DNA of 64,000 nt from Bacteroidales bacterium. GTDB lineage: Bacteria; Bacteroidota; Bacteroidia; Bacteroidales; GCA-2711565. The notes under the pieces are model-generated. The model saw nothing but the letters and a program-made list of their open reading frames with translations. It made no database searches and was not told the origin of the DNA. Both the position numbers and the translations under genes were made by a program. The DNA lies in contig OY775914.1 of the NCBI GenBank assembly GCA_963675215.1, positions 3,489,127 to 3,553,126 on the forward strand. The letters are read 5' to 3'. Positions 1-10,252 of this stretch are shown in pieces; positions within the stretch are counted from its first letter, which is position 1; each line of letters starts with the position of its first letter.

Positions 1-489
1 ACTACTCAAGTTGAGAAAGAAAATAAGGCATATGGATACATAACTGATAGCTTAAATGTAAATGACGAACATGTAATTATTTTCGGGCAAAGAGATATCC
101 AAACAATTACAAATACAATAGAATCGAGTTATATTTTTACCAATAAAGCATCACTAAGTTTGCGTCTTCGCCACTACTGGATCAGGGCTACTTACGATGA
201 ATATTTCGACCTTAACCGGGATGGTTCTTTAACTAAAAATGCTTATCTTGATGATAACGATTTCAATGTTAACGCATTCAATATAGATATGGTGTATACC
301 TGGAATTTTGCGCCAGGAAGTGAACTCTTATTGGTTTACAAAAACGCTATATATACCAATGTGGATAGTTTTGTGAATAATTTCTTTGCTAATTTGAAGG
401 ACACTTTTGATTCCCCCATGAATAATAGCTTCTCAATAAAAGTACTTTACTATCTGGATTACCAAAGCCTTAAACGGAAATCAAAATAA
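1..489 (+). CDS. DUF5916-type outer-membrane protein, C-terminal part (5' truncated by the window edge)
   Basis: Frame is open from base 1 (TTQVEKENKAYGYITDSLN...) to TAA at 487-489; very similar to the C-terminus of 980..3427 (shared DNDFNVNAFNIDMVYTWNFAPGSELLLVYKNAIY). Confidence 0.8.
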   Translation, partial: TTQVEKENKAYGYITDSLNVNDEHVIIFGQRDIQTITNTIESSYIFTNKASLSLRLRHYWIRATYDEYFDLNRDGSLTKNAYLDDNDFNVNAFNIDMVYTWNFAPGSELLLVYKNAIYTNVDSFVNNFFANLKDTFDSPMNNSFSIKVLYYLDYQSLKRKSK

Positions 490-893
490 AGTTCTTACGC
501 TTATAAAACAGGATTGAATTGATCAGAAATGTGCCTAATCAAATAATTTTAGCCAAGACTTTATGCAATAAAATCATCCATCAAAGAGATGTTATCACGA
601 AAGCGTAATCTTATCTAAAAATATTGTAAACATTCGGTATTCAAAACATCGGAACGAACGGCTACAAATTCTCCTAATGACTCGACATTGAAATAGCAAT
701 TGCGAGATAACCTTTTTTTAAAAAAGCCATTCCTTTTCCTCAAAATTTACTTTTGCATATTTCGAAAAGAGCATCTTAAGGACTATAATCAAAAACCAGA
801 ACAATTTCGTCTCCAAAATAATACCTTAAGTATATAAGATTTTAGCATTCATATATCTCTATTTTTTCTTGGAGGAGAAGCTTGTATTTAACA

Positions 894-901
894 TATCTTT
901 G
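894..901 (+). promoter_or_regulatory. Bacteroidota housekeeping -7 promoter element
   Basis: TATCTTTG matches TAnnTTTG, about 80 nt upstream of ATG 980. Confidence 0.55.
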
Positions 902-979
902 CGGCACTTTGAGTATAAATCAAAGAAATACGACGCAGAAAATTTAAATTAGATATATACCACATCCTGTTTTTCGGAT

Positions 980-3427
980 ATGAACGAATTTTTGAAGAAA
1001 TTTATAATATTGGGTATTGCAATTTTACTAAACCTACCCTCCTACTCTATAATTTCAAGAAAAAAACTTCAGGTAAAAAGGACTACAGACACCCCAACTA
1101 TTGATGGTTTGCTAAACGACAAAGCATGGGTAAATGCTTCTGTAGCATCAGGTTTTATACAGGTAGATCCTTATAATGGCGCACCCGCTTCTCAGAAATC
1201 AGAAATAAAATTCATTTACGACGACGAAGCCATTTATATTGGTGCAATGCTTTACGACACAGCACCGGATAGCATCATGAGTGAACTTTCGAAGCGAGAC
1301 GAATTAGGTGTTTCCGATAATTTCGGAATTCACATTGATCCGTTTAATGATGCTAAAACCACCTATGGGTTTCTCGTTAACCCCGCAGGTGTGCAGCAGG
1401 ACGAAAAAATGCAGGCTACTGGAGGACGTGGTGATAAAAACTGGGATGCCGTATGGGATAGCAAAACCAGAATCGTTGATAATGGATGGATTATTGAGAT
1501 TCGAATTCCTTATTCAGCTTTAAGATTCCCAAAAAAAGATGTGCAACTATGGGGAATTAATTTTTTCAGAGAGATAAAAAGATACAGAGAAAAAGACTCG
1601 TGGAATTTTGTGGATAAAGGGATTTCAGGAACTACAACACAAGCTGGTCAGGCAGAAGGAATTTCAAATATCCTTCCTCCTTTGCGATTATCAGCTGTTC
1701 CTTACGTTTCAGGCTATATAGAAAACAATAGTGATGTTGTTGGCTGGGGTAGGTCTCACGGATATGGGATGGATGTAAAATTTGGAATTAATGAAAGTTT
1801 TACGCTTGATATTACACTTATTCCCGATTTTAGCCAGGTTCAGTCTGATGATAAAATAGTTAATCTTTCACCATTCGAAACATTTTATCAGGAGCGAAGG
1901 CCTTTCTTTACTGAAGGAACAGAATTGTTTAACAGAAGGGATCGTATCTTTTATTCAAGAAGAGTTGGGAGTGCACCAATTAACAGCTCTAATGTATCTG
2001 ACGAATACGAAGATGAGCAGATTTTATCAAATCCGGATGCAACTCAATTGATCAATGCGAGCAAAATTTCAGGAAAAACGAAGTCAGGGTTGGGATTGGG
2101 AATTTTTAATGCCATGACCAGTAATACTTATGCTGACGTCATTGATGATGATGGGAATAAACAACGCGTGTTAACGCAACCATTCTCCAATTATAACATG
2201 GTAGTGATTGACCAATCCTTAAAAAATAATTCGTACATAACTTTTTATAACACTAATGTTTATCGTGGCAACAAAGAATACATGGCAAATGTTTCTGGTA
2301 CCGAAGTTAGGTTTGTTGATAAAAATAATTTCTATGCAGTTTCCGCACGATTTAATTTAAGTCAAAAATACTATCCTGATGAAGACAATGAATTTGGTCA
2401 TAGTTACCGTTTAAGTATTGGAAAAATTAGCGGTAAATTTAAATATAGTTATAGTCAATCCGGAATGAGTGATACTTACGATCATAATGACTTGGGCTAT
2501 CTGCGAAATAATAACATCATTAATCACAGATTGAGTTTTGATTACAATGAATTTAGGCCGTTTTGGAAGTTAATGAGCATGTATAATCAAATCGAATTTG
2601 AATATGCATCTCTGTATAAGCCAAACGAATTTTCGTCCTTTAAAATTAGTACCATGACTCGTTCAACCTTGAGGAGTTTTACTTCAGTTGGATTACGCAC
2701 AGAATTTGAACCAGAAGGGGCTGAAGACCATTTTGAACCAAGAGTGGACGGATGGACTTATAAGAGACCAGCAAAATACCATTTCAACGTATGGATCTCT
2801 CCGGATTACCGTAAGAACTTTACCACTGACATCAGATTTGAATATACGGGAACAAAAGAAAGCGGTAGGAATTCATCAAAACTAAATATTTCTCCAAGAG
2901 TAAGGCTCAGCGATCAATTTAACATAAAACTCACTGCAGAGCTTAAGTACGACAATAACTCCTATGGATATGTTAGTGACAGCCTTAATATAAATGATCA
3001 GCAAGTGATTATATTTGGTCAGCGCGATGTACAAACAATTACCAACACCTTAGAATCGAGTTATATTTTCAATAATAAATCATCCTTAAGCTTAAGGTTA
3101 AGACATTACTGGATAAAAGCACATTACAAAAACTATTATAACCTGCAGGAAGATGGATCATTAAAGCAAAACGGTTTTATTGATGATAATGATTTTAATG
3201 TGAACGCTTTTAATATCGATATGGTTTATACCTGGAATTTTGCTCCGGGCAGTGAATTATTATTGGTTTATAAAAATGCCATTTATTCAGATGAGGACAA
3301 CTCGGTGATAAATTACTTTAGTAATTTAAGAAACACCTTTGACTCGCCAATGACCAATAGTTTTTCGATAAAAATACTTTACTATCTTGATTACCTTAAA
3401 CTGAAAAGGAAAATCAAAAAGGGCTAG
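980..3427 (+). CDS. CBM9-like/DOMON + DUF5916 exported or outer-membrane protein
   Basis: Signal peptide; PTIDGLLNDKAW, WDAVWDS, EIRIPYSALRF, PDFSQVQSD and FYQERRPFFTEG motifs typical of this family. Confidence 0.8.
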   Translation: MNEFLKKFIILGIAILLNLPSYSIISRKKLQVKRTTDTPTIDGLLNDKAWVNASVASGFIQVDPYNGAPASQKSEIKFIYDDEAIYIGAMLYDTAPDSIMSELSKRDELGVSDNFGIHIDPFNDAKTTYGFLVNPAGVQQDEKMQATGGRGDKNWDAVWDSKTRIVDNGWIIEIRIPYSALRFPKKDVQLWGINFFREIKRYREKDSWNFVDKGISGTTTQAGQAEGISNILPPLRLSAVPYVSGYIENNSDVVGWGRSHGYGMDVKFGINESFTLDITLIPDFSQVQSDDKIVNLSPFETFYQERRPFFTEGTELFNRRDRIFYSRRVGSAPINSSNVSDEYEDEQILSNPDATQLINASKISGKTKSGLGLGIFNAMTSNTYADVIDDDGNKQRVLTQPFSNYNMVVIDQSLKNNSYITFYNTNVYRGNKEYMANVSGTEVRFVDKNNFYAVSARFNLSQKYYPDEDNEFGHSYRLSIGKISGKFKYSYSQSGMSDTYDHNDLGYLRNNNIINHRLSFDYNEFRPFWKLMSMYNQIEFEYASLYKPNEFSSFKISTMTRSTLRSFTSVGLRTEFEPEGAEDHFEPRVDGWTYKRPAKYHFNVWISPDYRKNFTTDIRFEYTGTKESGRNSSKLNISPRVRLSDQFNIKLTAELKYDNNSYGYVSDSLNINDQQVIIFGQRDVQTITNTLESSYIFNNKSSLSLRLRHYWIKAHYKNYYNLQEDGSLKQNGFIDDNDFNVNAFNIDMVYTWNFAPGSELLLVYKNAIYSDEDNSVINYFSNLRNTFDSPMTNSFSIKILYYLDYLKLKRKIKKG

Positions 3428-3428
3428 C

Positions 3429-3462
3429 ACTAAAAAGGGGATTTTTCAATCCCCTTTTTAGT
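3429..3462. terminator. Bidirectional intrinsic terminator
   Basis: ACTAAAAAGGGGATT-TTTC-AATCCCCTTTTTAGT, a perfect 15-bp inverted repeat with A/T tracts, between converging stops at 3427 and 3464. Confidence 0.85.
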
Positions 3463-3463
3463 C

Positions 3464-3586
3464 TTAAACTCTCCCACCTCCCGGTGGTGGATCTGGCGGT
3501 GGATCTGGTACAACAGGATCATCCGGATCTGGTACCAAATTTACTGCCCCAATCCTCTTCCAATAATTTCGCAAATCATTTTTCAT
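3464..3586 (-). CDS. Unannotated 40-aa Pro/Asp-rich peptide MKNDLRNYWKRIGAVNLVPDPDDPVVPDPPPDPPPGGGRV
   Basis: Hand translation: ATG at 3586, TAA at 3466-3464. GC-rich island in AT-rich DNA, repeated Pro codons vary synonymously (CCA/CCG/CCT), and the stop abuts the bidirectional terminator. Confidence 0.7.
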   Translation of the reverse strand: MKNDLRNYWKRIGAVNLVPDPDDPVVPDPPPDPPPGGGRV

Positions 3587-3858
3587 GAGAAATAAATTAG
3601 GTGAATTCTACTCTATTATAGCTTTTCGAAAACCGCTTTTAATTATTTCACTCAAAATATAAATACTTTTTTTACTGAAAGGCCTGCCTTAATCCTTAAA
3701 GATAATAAAAAAAGACTTCATGTAAAATACTGATTTTCTTGAACTAAACAATTCATTTTTTATTTTCGCATATAAGAAACTTACATAATTTTTAATTTTT
3801 TATTAATTGGATAGATTTTATAAATTAGCTACCCATTAAACTCGCCCAACTTACTAAA

Positions 3859-6800
3859 ATGAAAAAGCCATTAACCAATTTAAAAAGGTTTTTATTCTTC
3901 ACGCTATTGATATTAGCAGCTAGTAACGCTAAAGGTCAGTTTCCCGACACCCTAAAACCATCATCATTTTTCTACAAGAAGTATGGTAACTCACTAGCAG
4001 TCAAATTAGATTCGATTTCTGATTATTACAAAATGTCAATCGTTAAGTCAATTAGCATTGGTGATACCTTAACATATCTGAATGCACTTATTAACCTGGC
4101 AGATTTAAATGGACACAATAAAAACATTGAACAATGCTTTTATTATTTATCACAAGCTGAGGATTTTATCTCAAAGCATAAAATAGATTCTCACCATGCG
4201 AACTATCAAATTAATTATTGCTATGCCAGGTTCTATTTTACCAATACAGATTACCCGAAAGCAATAAAACATTGTCATCAGGCACTTGATATATATATTA
4301 ATAATTCATACGATGACAATGATAAGCTAAACACGATTTATTATTTATTAAACAGTTCATATTTAGTAATTAAAAATTACGACTCCAGTCTTCTTTATCT
4401 AAACAAATCTGACAGTTTACTCAGCTCAATAACTGCTAATAAAAAATGGTATTTTTTAAAAAATGCTGAGAATAGAGGGCTAATACTTGAGAAGATTGGA
4501 AATAGAAGAGAAGCATTAAATGAGCTTTTAAAGGCTCTTGATTACATTGATGAAGATGATAATTCATATCAAATTGCACGCATTTATAATAACATTGCTA
4601 ATAATTATTATAGTTTTAGAGAATTGGATAAATCCATTCAGTATTATATCCAATCAATCAAAATATATCAGAAATTAAATTCGCCTAAATTTCCTTATAT
4701 AACCAATACAAATTCGGCAATGGCCAGAGTTTACATTTTATTGGGTAACGGTGAAAAAGCATTGGAATTGTTAAAAGAAGGGATTGAGTATCGAAAACTG
4801 CACGAAGACCCTAGCTTATCATCTGTTTATCAGGCTATTGCAAATGCTTATATGACTTTAGACTCCCTTGATATGGCTGATAGATACCTTAGAGAATCCA
4901 TTAAAGTTTTACAAGAAGATTACAAGGAACAAAAATCGCTTAAATACGCAAATGCTATTTTTTATTATGGTCATTTCTTAATTGAAAGGCTTCATAATGA
5001 GAGAGGAGTTGAATTGACATCAGAAGCCATTAATATTTATAAAAATTTGTTTGGGGAAAAGCATCCATCAATAGCTGATTGCTACGATTATCTTGGTAAA
5101 GCTAAAATTCTAATTGATAAATCCCCCGACGAGGCACTTTATTTCTTTCAAAAAGCACTCATTGCAAATGATAAAACCTTTAACAATTTCGATATAAATA
5201 CAAACCCTGAGATAGAGCATGCCTTATCTAGAAAATACTTGCTTGCAATTTTAACGGATAAAGCTGATGCACTTCATGAAAAAATTAAACAAAAGTTAAA
5301 TAGAAAAGAAAGTATAAATGATATTGAACTTTTGAATCAAACACTTTTACTTGCTATAAATACCATTGATAATATTAGAACTTCATTTAATTCTGTTGAC
5401 AGTAAATTGAAGATGAATGAGCAAACGGAATCCCTATATTCAAAACTGATTTTATCATCCATTGATTTATATAATATAACAAATGACAAAAAACATTTAC
5501 ACCATGCTTATGAGTACACGGAGAACAGTAAGCTAGCCACGCTTAATGGACTAATAAAAGATGACATGGCTAAAATTACTGCTGGTGTGCCTGAAGAACT
5601 ATTGGATAAAGAGAAGCATTTAAGAATCAAAAAAAGTAAACTCAATAATCAATTATACAATCTTGAACAAGCAGTAGTTATCGATCAAGAAAAAAAAGAT
5701 CGGGTTTCAAAAAAGTTATTTAAAATTGATCAGGAAATTGACTTATTAACAGCCAAGCTTGAAAAAAATTATAAGAATTATTATCATTTGAAATACAAAA
5801 ATGAACGCCTTGGAGTTAAAGATTTACAGAAGCACTTATCAAATAATCAAGCAGTTATTGAATACTTCCTCACCAAAAAAGAATTATTAGGGTTCGCCAT
5901 CACCAAAGATTCGCTTGTATTAACTACAATTAATATTGATTCAACCTTTTATGCCAATATTGAATCCTTAACTTCAATATTTAAACAAGAATCATTTACA
6001 TATTTTAATGAAGAACAATTTAATTCATTTAAAAATATCGCCTCTTATTTGTATGGCATGCTCGTCGAACCTGTCAATGATTTGATTAAAGATAAAGATT
6101 TGATTATTATTCCTGATAAAGAACTGTTACAACTTCCTTTTGAGGTTTTAATAAGCGATAAAGCAAATGATATTCGCAACTATCGGAATTTGCCTTACCT
6201 CATGCTTCAATATCCGATTAGCTATTCATATTCCTCAGAATGGTTATTCACTGAACGGACCAAAAAAAAGACTTCTAAAAAACTATTGGCAATTGTACCT
6301 TCTTATAATAATGAAGTTAATTATGAAGATTTGGTTCGTGCTAAAAATAACAGCGATTTAAGAGACGTGCTTTTGCCAATACCGGCTGCACTAGAAGAAG
6401 CGGAAAGTATAATTGAATCAATTAGTGGCGATATCCTTAAATCTGATAATGCTTCAGAATTGAAATTTAAAAATGTTGCTTCTCAATATTCAATATTACA
6501 TTTTGCCGCACATACCATTATTGATAATAATAATCCAATGTTTTCGAAACTTGTTTTTACGAATCTTGAAGGAGATTCTTCAAATGTTGAAGATAATTTT
6601 TTAAATACACATGAGATCTTTAATTTAGAATTAAATGCACAAATGGTCGTTTTAAGCTCATGTAATAGTGGATCAGGGAGTCTCATGAAGGGTGAAGGTA
6701 TCATGAGTATGGCAAGGGGATTTATTTTTGCAGGTAGTCCAAGCCTGGCAATAACTTTATGGTCAATCGATGATCAGGCAAGTGCCGACTTAATGAGCTT

Positions 6801-7047
6801 TTATTATCAAAATTTGGCCAAAGGGATGAATAAGGCAAAAGCCTTACAGGAGGCTAAGATAGCATTCTTAAAAATTGCAGATCCAATTCGTATACATCCA
6901 CATTTTTGGGCTTCGCATGTGCTGATAGGGAATACAAATCCGATTCAGCTTAGAGATGGTAACCGATTAATTGGTTTGCTGGTATTTGCGATTATTATAT
7001 TGATTGTATTTTTTCTCCGGAAGAAGCTCATTCGAGCATTGAAATAA
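3859..7047 (+). CDS. Exported, C-terminally membrane-anchored TPR + CHAT (caspase-like, clan CD) protease
   Basis: N-terminal signal peptide, many TPR-like repeats, CHAT motifs LIIIPDKELLQLPFEVL, ILHFAAH (His), VVLSSCNSG (Cys), TLWSIDD, HPHFWA; C-terminal TM LIGLLVFAIIILIVFFLRKK. Confidence 0.9.
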   Translation: MKKPLTNLKRFLFFTLLILAASNAKGQFPDTLKPSSFFYKKYGNSLAVKLDSISDYYKMSIVKSISIGDTLTYLNALINLADLNGHNKNIEQCFYYLSQAEDFISKHKIDSHHANYQINYCYARFYFTNTDYPKAIKHCHQALDIYINNSYDDNDKLNTIYYLLNSSYLVIKNYDSSLLYLNKSDSLLSSITANKKWYFLKNAENRGLILEKIGNRREALNELLKALDYIDEDDNSYQIARIYNNIANNYYSFRELDKSIQYYIQSIKIYQKLNSPKFPYITNTNSAMARVYILLGNGEKALELLKEGIEYRKLHEDPSLSSVYQAIANAYMTLDSLDMADRYLRESIKVLQEDYKEQKSLKYANAIFYYGHFLIERLHNERGVELTSEAINIYKNLFGEKHPSIADCYDYLGKAKILIDKSPDEALYFFQKALIANDKTFNNFDINTNPEIEHALSRKYLLAILTDKADALHEKIKQKLNRKESINDIELLNQTLLLAINTIDNIRTSFNSVDSKLKMNEQTESLYSKLILSSIDLYNITNDKKHLHHAYEYTENSKLATLNGLIKDDMAKITAGVPEELLDKEKHLRIKKSKLNNQLYNLEQAVVIDQEKKDRVSKKLFKIDQEIDLLTAKLEKNYKNYYHLKYKNERLGVKDLQKHLSNNQAVIEYFLTKKELLGFAITKDSLVLTTINIDSTFYANIESLTSIFKQESFTYFNEEQFNSFKNIASYLYGMLVEPVNDLIKDKDLIIIPDKELLQLPFEVLISDKANDIRNYRNLPYLMLQYPISYSYSSEWLFTERTKKKTSKKLLAIVPSYNNEVNYEDLVRAKNNSDLRDVLLPIPAALEEAESIIESISGDILKSDNASELKFKNVASQYSILHFAAHTIIDNNNPMFSKLVFTNLEGDSSNVEDNFLNTHEIFNLELNAQMVVLSSCNSGSGSLMKGEGIMSMARGFIFAGSPSLAITLWSIDDQASADLMSFYYQNLAKGMNKAKALQEAKIAFLKIADPIRIHPHFWASHVLIGNTNPIQLRDGNRLIGLLVFAIIILIVFFLRKKLIRALK

Positions 7048-7795
7048 TTTCTGCGGCTTTATCAACATAAAACCCCTTCTGCTCAATAATTGTATTTAAT
7101 TGCTTCGTGGCCTCATGTTTTAATTCCAATTTTATTAAGCATAAAGCTCTGTGCCATTCAGATTGCTCCGTATAAAATTGATCCTTTGATTTAATCACCT
7201 GGTCAAAATAGCCTAATGCTCCATTAAAATCTCCAAGCTCAATTCCAATTATTCCTAAATAGAATTTTGAAGCAATATTATCCGGATGGTTTTCGCAAAC
7301 AGTCATGAAACTAATTTTTGCTTCTTCGTACTTATTCATCTTATAATGTTCAAGTGCAATCATGAATTGGCTGTCTTTTAAACAAACTTCACCAGCACGG
7401 GTAGTATAAGAGGATGGGTAGCCTTCGTAGTATTGATTAAATATTTCATTGCTGTTATAGCCCCCATTATGACTATTGAAAAACACGATGCTTAACGATA
7501 TTAAGATGATGATGGAAGCAGCAATAAGAGAAAGCTTACCAATAGTAAAGAACTTTATATTGTTTTTATTAGTTTTTATCCGATAGTAGACCAAATCTAA
7601 CACTTTTTTAAAGCGTTCTAATTCATCATCTTGGATAAAGCTATCTAATTTCTTTTGAAAAATCAATTCTTTTTTTAAAGCATCATTTTTTCGTAACTCT
7701 GCCTCAAATGCATCAAGTTGTTCATTACTCAATTCATTTGCCAGATACTGATGTACCAATTCACTATAATTGGGTTTACTTTTCATTTTCTTCAA
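7028..7795 (-). CDS. Putative anti-sigma factor: N-terminal helical domain, one TM, periplasmic TPR domain
   Basis: LVHQYLANELSNEQLDAFEAEL anti-sigma-like N-terminus, TM LSLIAASIIILISLSIVFF, TPR-like C-terminus; overlaps the end of the ECF sigma gene. Confidence 0.7.
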   Translation of the reverse strand: MKKMKSKPNYSELVHQYLANELSNEQLDAFEAELRKNDALKKELIFQKKLDSFIQDDELERFKKVLDLVYYRIKTNKNNIKFFTIGKLSLIAASIIILISLSIVFFNSHNGGYNSNEIFNQYYEGYPSSYTTRAGEVCLKDSQFMIALEHYKMNKYEEAKISFMTVCENHPDNIASKFYLGIIGIELGDFNGALGYFDQVIKSKDQFYTEQSEWHRALCLIKLELKHEATKQLNTIIEQKGFYVDKAAEIISMLE

Positions 7796-8360
7796 ACTCC
7801 TTATAACGGGGATCGTTTTTAATTCGTTTAATTAATAATTCTTTACATCTATATTTCTTTTTTCTTGCAATTTCTCCGTTGGCAAAATTCAGTTTTTGGG
7901 CAATTTCGTCATACGATATCTTTGCTAGGGTCATCTTTATCAGGTTTCTGCAAATCTCACTTAGATTATGATAATGCCATCTGTATAAAAAATACTGTAT
8001 GCTAAGATCATACTCCTTTTCGACATCTACGAAACAATCTACTTCTTCAATTTCATCCGGATCAACTGGCGATTTCTGTTCTGCTTTTTTCTTTCTTAAT
8101 TCCTTTAACCAAAGATTTTTGCATATAGAATATAAATACGTTTTGAAAGAACAACTTAGTTCAAATTCATTCGCTCGTACTTTTTGATAAACAATAAGTA
8201 ATGCCTGCTGAATAAGGTCTTTAGCATCTTCGTCTTCACCATTATTATAACTTACATAACGTGAAATTACAGGCAAATGTATTTCATAAAGCTTGCTAAT
8301 GAACCCATGGTCATTATTCTTTAAAGCACGAATAACTTCTTCTTCAGAAATTCGAATCAC
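7776..8360 (-). CDS. ECF-type RNA polymerase sigma-70 factor
   Basis: Region 2 EDAKDLIQQALL...FKTYLYSICKNLW; region 4 SYDEIAQKL...KKYRCKELL; GTG start. Confidence 0.9.
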   Translation of the reverse strand: MIRISEEEVIRALKNNDHGFISKLYEIHLPVISRYVSYNNGEDEDAKDLIQQALLIVYQKVRANEFELSCSFKTYLYSICKNLWLKELRKKKAEQKSPVDPDEIEEVDCFVDVEKEYDLSIQYFLYRWHYHNLSEICRNLIKMTLAKISYDEIAQKLNFANGEIARKKKYRCKELLIKRIKNDPRYKEFEENEK

Positions 8361-8512
8361 TATTCTTATCTTTATACCTGTTTAATAGAAATGTCGCACA
8401 AATCTATGAAACTTTAACAATAAATTTATCATTAAAAGTTAATAATCCTTAATTTGAACTTCTAAAACCGTTGCAATTACTAACTTTGATTTGTAATTAA
8501 ATGATTTAAAAC

Positions 8513-9361
8513 ATGCACATAATTGCGGATAGTGGATCGAGTAAAACGGATTGGGTTTTATGTGATAAAAAAAAGATTCAATTGCAAGTTGAAACAATTG
8601 GTTTTAACCCTTACTATTACTCATCGGATATTTTAGCAGAGATTATAAATACAAGTCTCTTACCAAAAATGACAGGTACCGAAGTTACGCATATTTATTT
8701 TTATGGATCAGGTTGCTCAACTAAACAGAATCAACAAATTATCATTGATGCCCTGCAACCCGGATTTAAAAATGCTACCATTGAAATTTTTCATGATTTA
8801 CTCGGGGCGGCACGTTCACTCTTTAAAAGAAAAGAAGGAATAGCCGGAATACTTGGGACAGGCTCTAACTCGGGCTTGTACAATGGAAAGGAGATATCTC
8901 ACAATATTCCATCGCTCGGCTATTTTTTTGGGGATGATGGCAGTGGTAGTAATTTGGGCAAACGACTCATAGGCAGTTACTTATTAGATGAAATGCCAAA
9001 GGATATTAAAAAAGATTTTGATGCTGAATTTGGTTATTCATTCGATTATATCCTTAGCCAGATTTATGCTGAAGGAAATCCGGTTAAATTCTTTGCCTCA
9101 TTTAGTCCATTCATCAAAAATAACATTCAAAAGGATTATTTCAAGAACCTAGTTTTCGAAGCATTTAGTGATTTTTTCAGACTTAATATTTGTAAATATC
9201 CAGGTTATCAAAAATTACCTATGAAATTTATCGGATCAATCGCATTTATTTATGCAGATATTTTGGAAGAGGCAGCCCTGTCATTTGGATGCCAAATTGA
9301 AGCCATTGAAAAAAACCCAATGGATGGTTTAATAAAATATCATTCAACTTCTATTAACTAA
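8513..9361 (+). CDS. BadF/BadG/BcrA/BcrD-family sugar kinase (N-acetylglucosamine kinase-like)
   Basis: IADSGSSKTDW, FYGSGC, ILGTGSNS, GDDGSG motifs; TAACTTTG promoter at 8481-8488. Confidence 0.85.
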   Translation: MHIIADSGSSKTDWVLCDKKKIQLQVETIGFNPYYYSSDILAEIINTSLLPKMTGTEVTHIYFYGSGCSTKQNQQIIIDALQPGFKNATIEIFHDLLGAARSLFKRKEGIAGILGTGSNSGLYNGKEISHNIPSLGYFFGDDGSGSNLGKRLIGSYLLDEMPKDIKKDFDAEFGYSFDYILSQIYAEGNPVKFFASFSPFIKNNIQKDYFKNLVFEAFSDFFRLNICKYPGYQKLPMKFIGSIAFIYADILEEAALSFGCQIEAIEKNPMDGLIKYHSTSIN

Positions 9362-10252
9362 GGCTATCACTTTTTCAATTTCATTGGGATTAAACCATTG
9401 ATAGTTATCATTTTTCCTAAACCAGGTAAGTTGACGTTTTGCATAACGCCTGCTATTTGTTTTTATCTTTTCAATGGCTTTTTCGAGTTTAATATTTCCT
9501 GAAAAATGATCAAATATTTCTTTGTAACCAACCGTGTTTAAGGCATTCAGTTGTTTAAACTCAAATAATTCTTTCGCTTCTTCAGTTAATCCATCTTTAA
9601 CCATTTGATCAACTCGCTCGTTAATTCGCTGATATAATTGCTCACGATCAATATTCAACCCTATTTTGATAATCTCAAATGGTCTTTCTTTTTTGGCGTT
9701 CGAACGCTGTTCAGAATATTTTTGGCCGGTAGCAAGACAGACTTCTAGCGCCCTGATAATACGTTTAGGGTTCGATCTATCAATCGTATCGTAAAATTCA
9801 GGATCTAAGGTTTTTAACTTTTGCTGAATTGTCGCAATGCCCTCATCTTCATAAATTTTATTTAATTCTTGTCTTAATTTTTCATCAACATCTGGTAATT
9901 CATCAATCCCATTACATACTGCATCGATGTATAATCCCGAACCACCAACCATTATAACCTGATTGTGCTTTTCAAATAAAACATCAAGTAAGCTTAGCAC
10001 ATCTATCTCAAATTGAGCAACATTATAATAATCATGAATTGAATGACTTCCCACGAAATGATGCTTGATAACTGATAATTCTCTGGCAGATGGTTTAGCC
10101 GTACCGATATTTAATTCTTTAAAAAACTGTCTTGAATCGGCTGAGATAATTTCTGTTTGAAGATGCTGGGCAAGTTTAATTGCAAATTCGGTTTTACCAA
10201 TAGCTGTGGGGCCGGCAATTACAATCAATCTTTTTGTTTTATTTAACATCAT
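9344..10252 (-). CDS. miaA: tRNA dimethylallyltransferase
   Basis: [38 protein letters not shown]. Confidence 0.97.
   Translation of the reverse strand: MMLNKTKRLIVIAGPTAIGKTEFAIKLAQHLQTEIISADSRQFFKELNIGTAKPSARELSVIKHHFVGSHSIHDYYNVAQFEIDVLSLLDVLFEKHNQVIMVGGSGLYIDAVCNGIDELPDVDEKLRQELNKIYEDEGIATIQQKLKTLDPEFYDTIDRSNPKRIIRALEVCLATGQKYSEQRSNAKKERPFEIIKIGLNIDREQLYQRINERVDQMVKDGLTEEAKELFEFKQLNALNTVGYKEIFDHFSGNIKLEKAIEKIKTNSRRYAKRQLTWFRKNDNYQWFNPNEIEKVIALVNRS

Noticed and set aside
3859-8360. Type III-E CRISPR (Craspase) locus
   Set aside because: No Cas7-11, Csx30/31 or array; this CHAT protein has a signal peptide and a membrane anchor.
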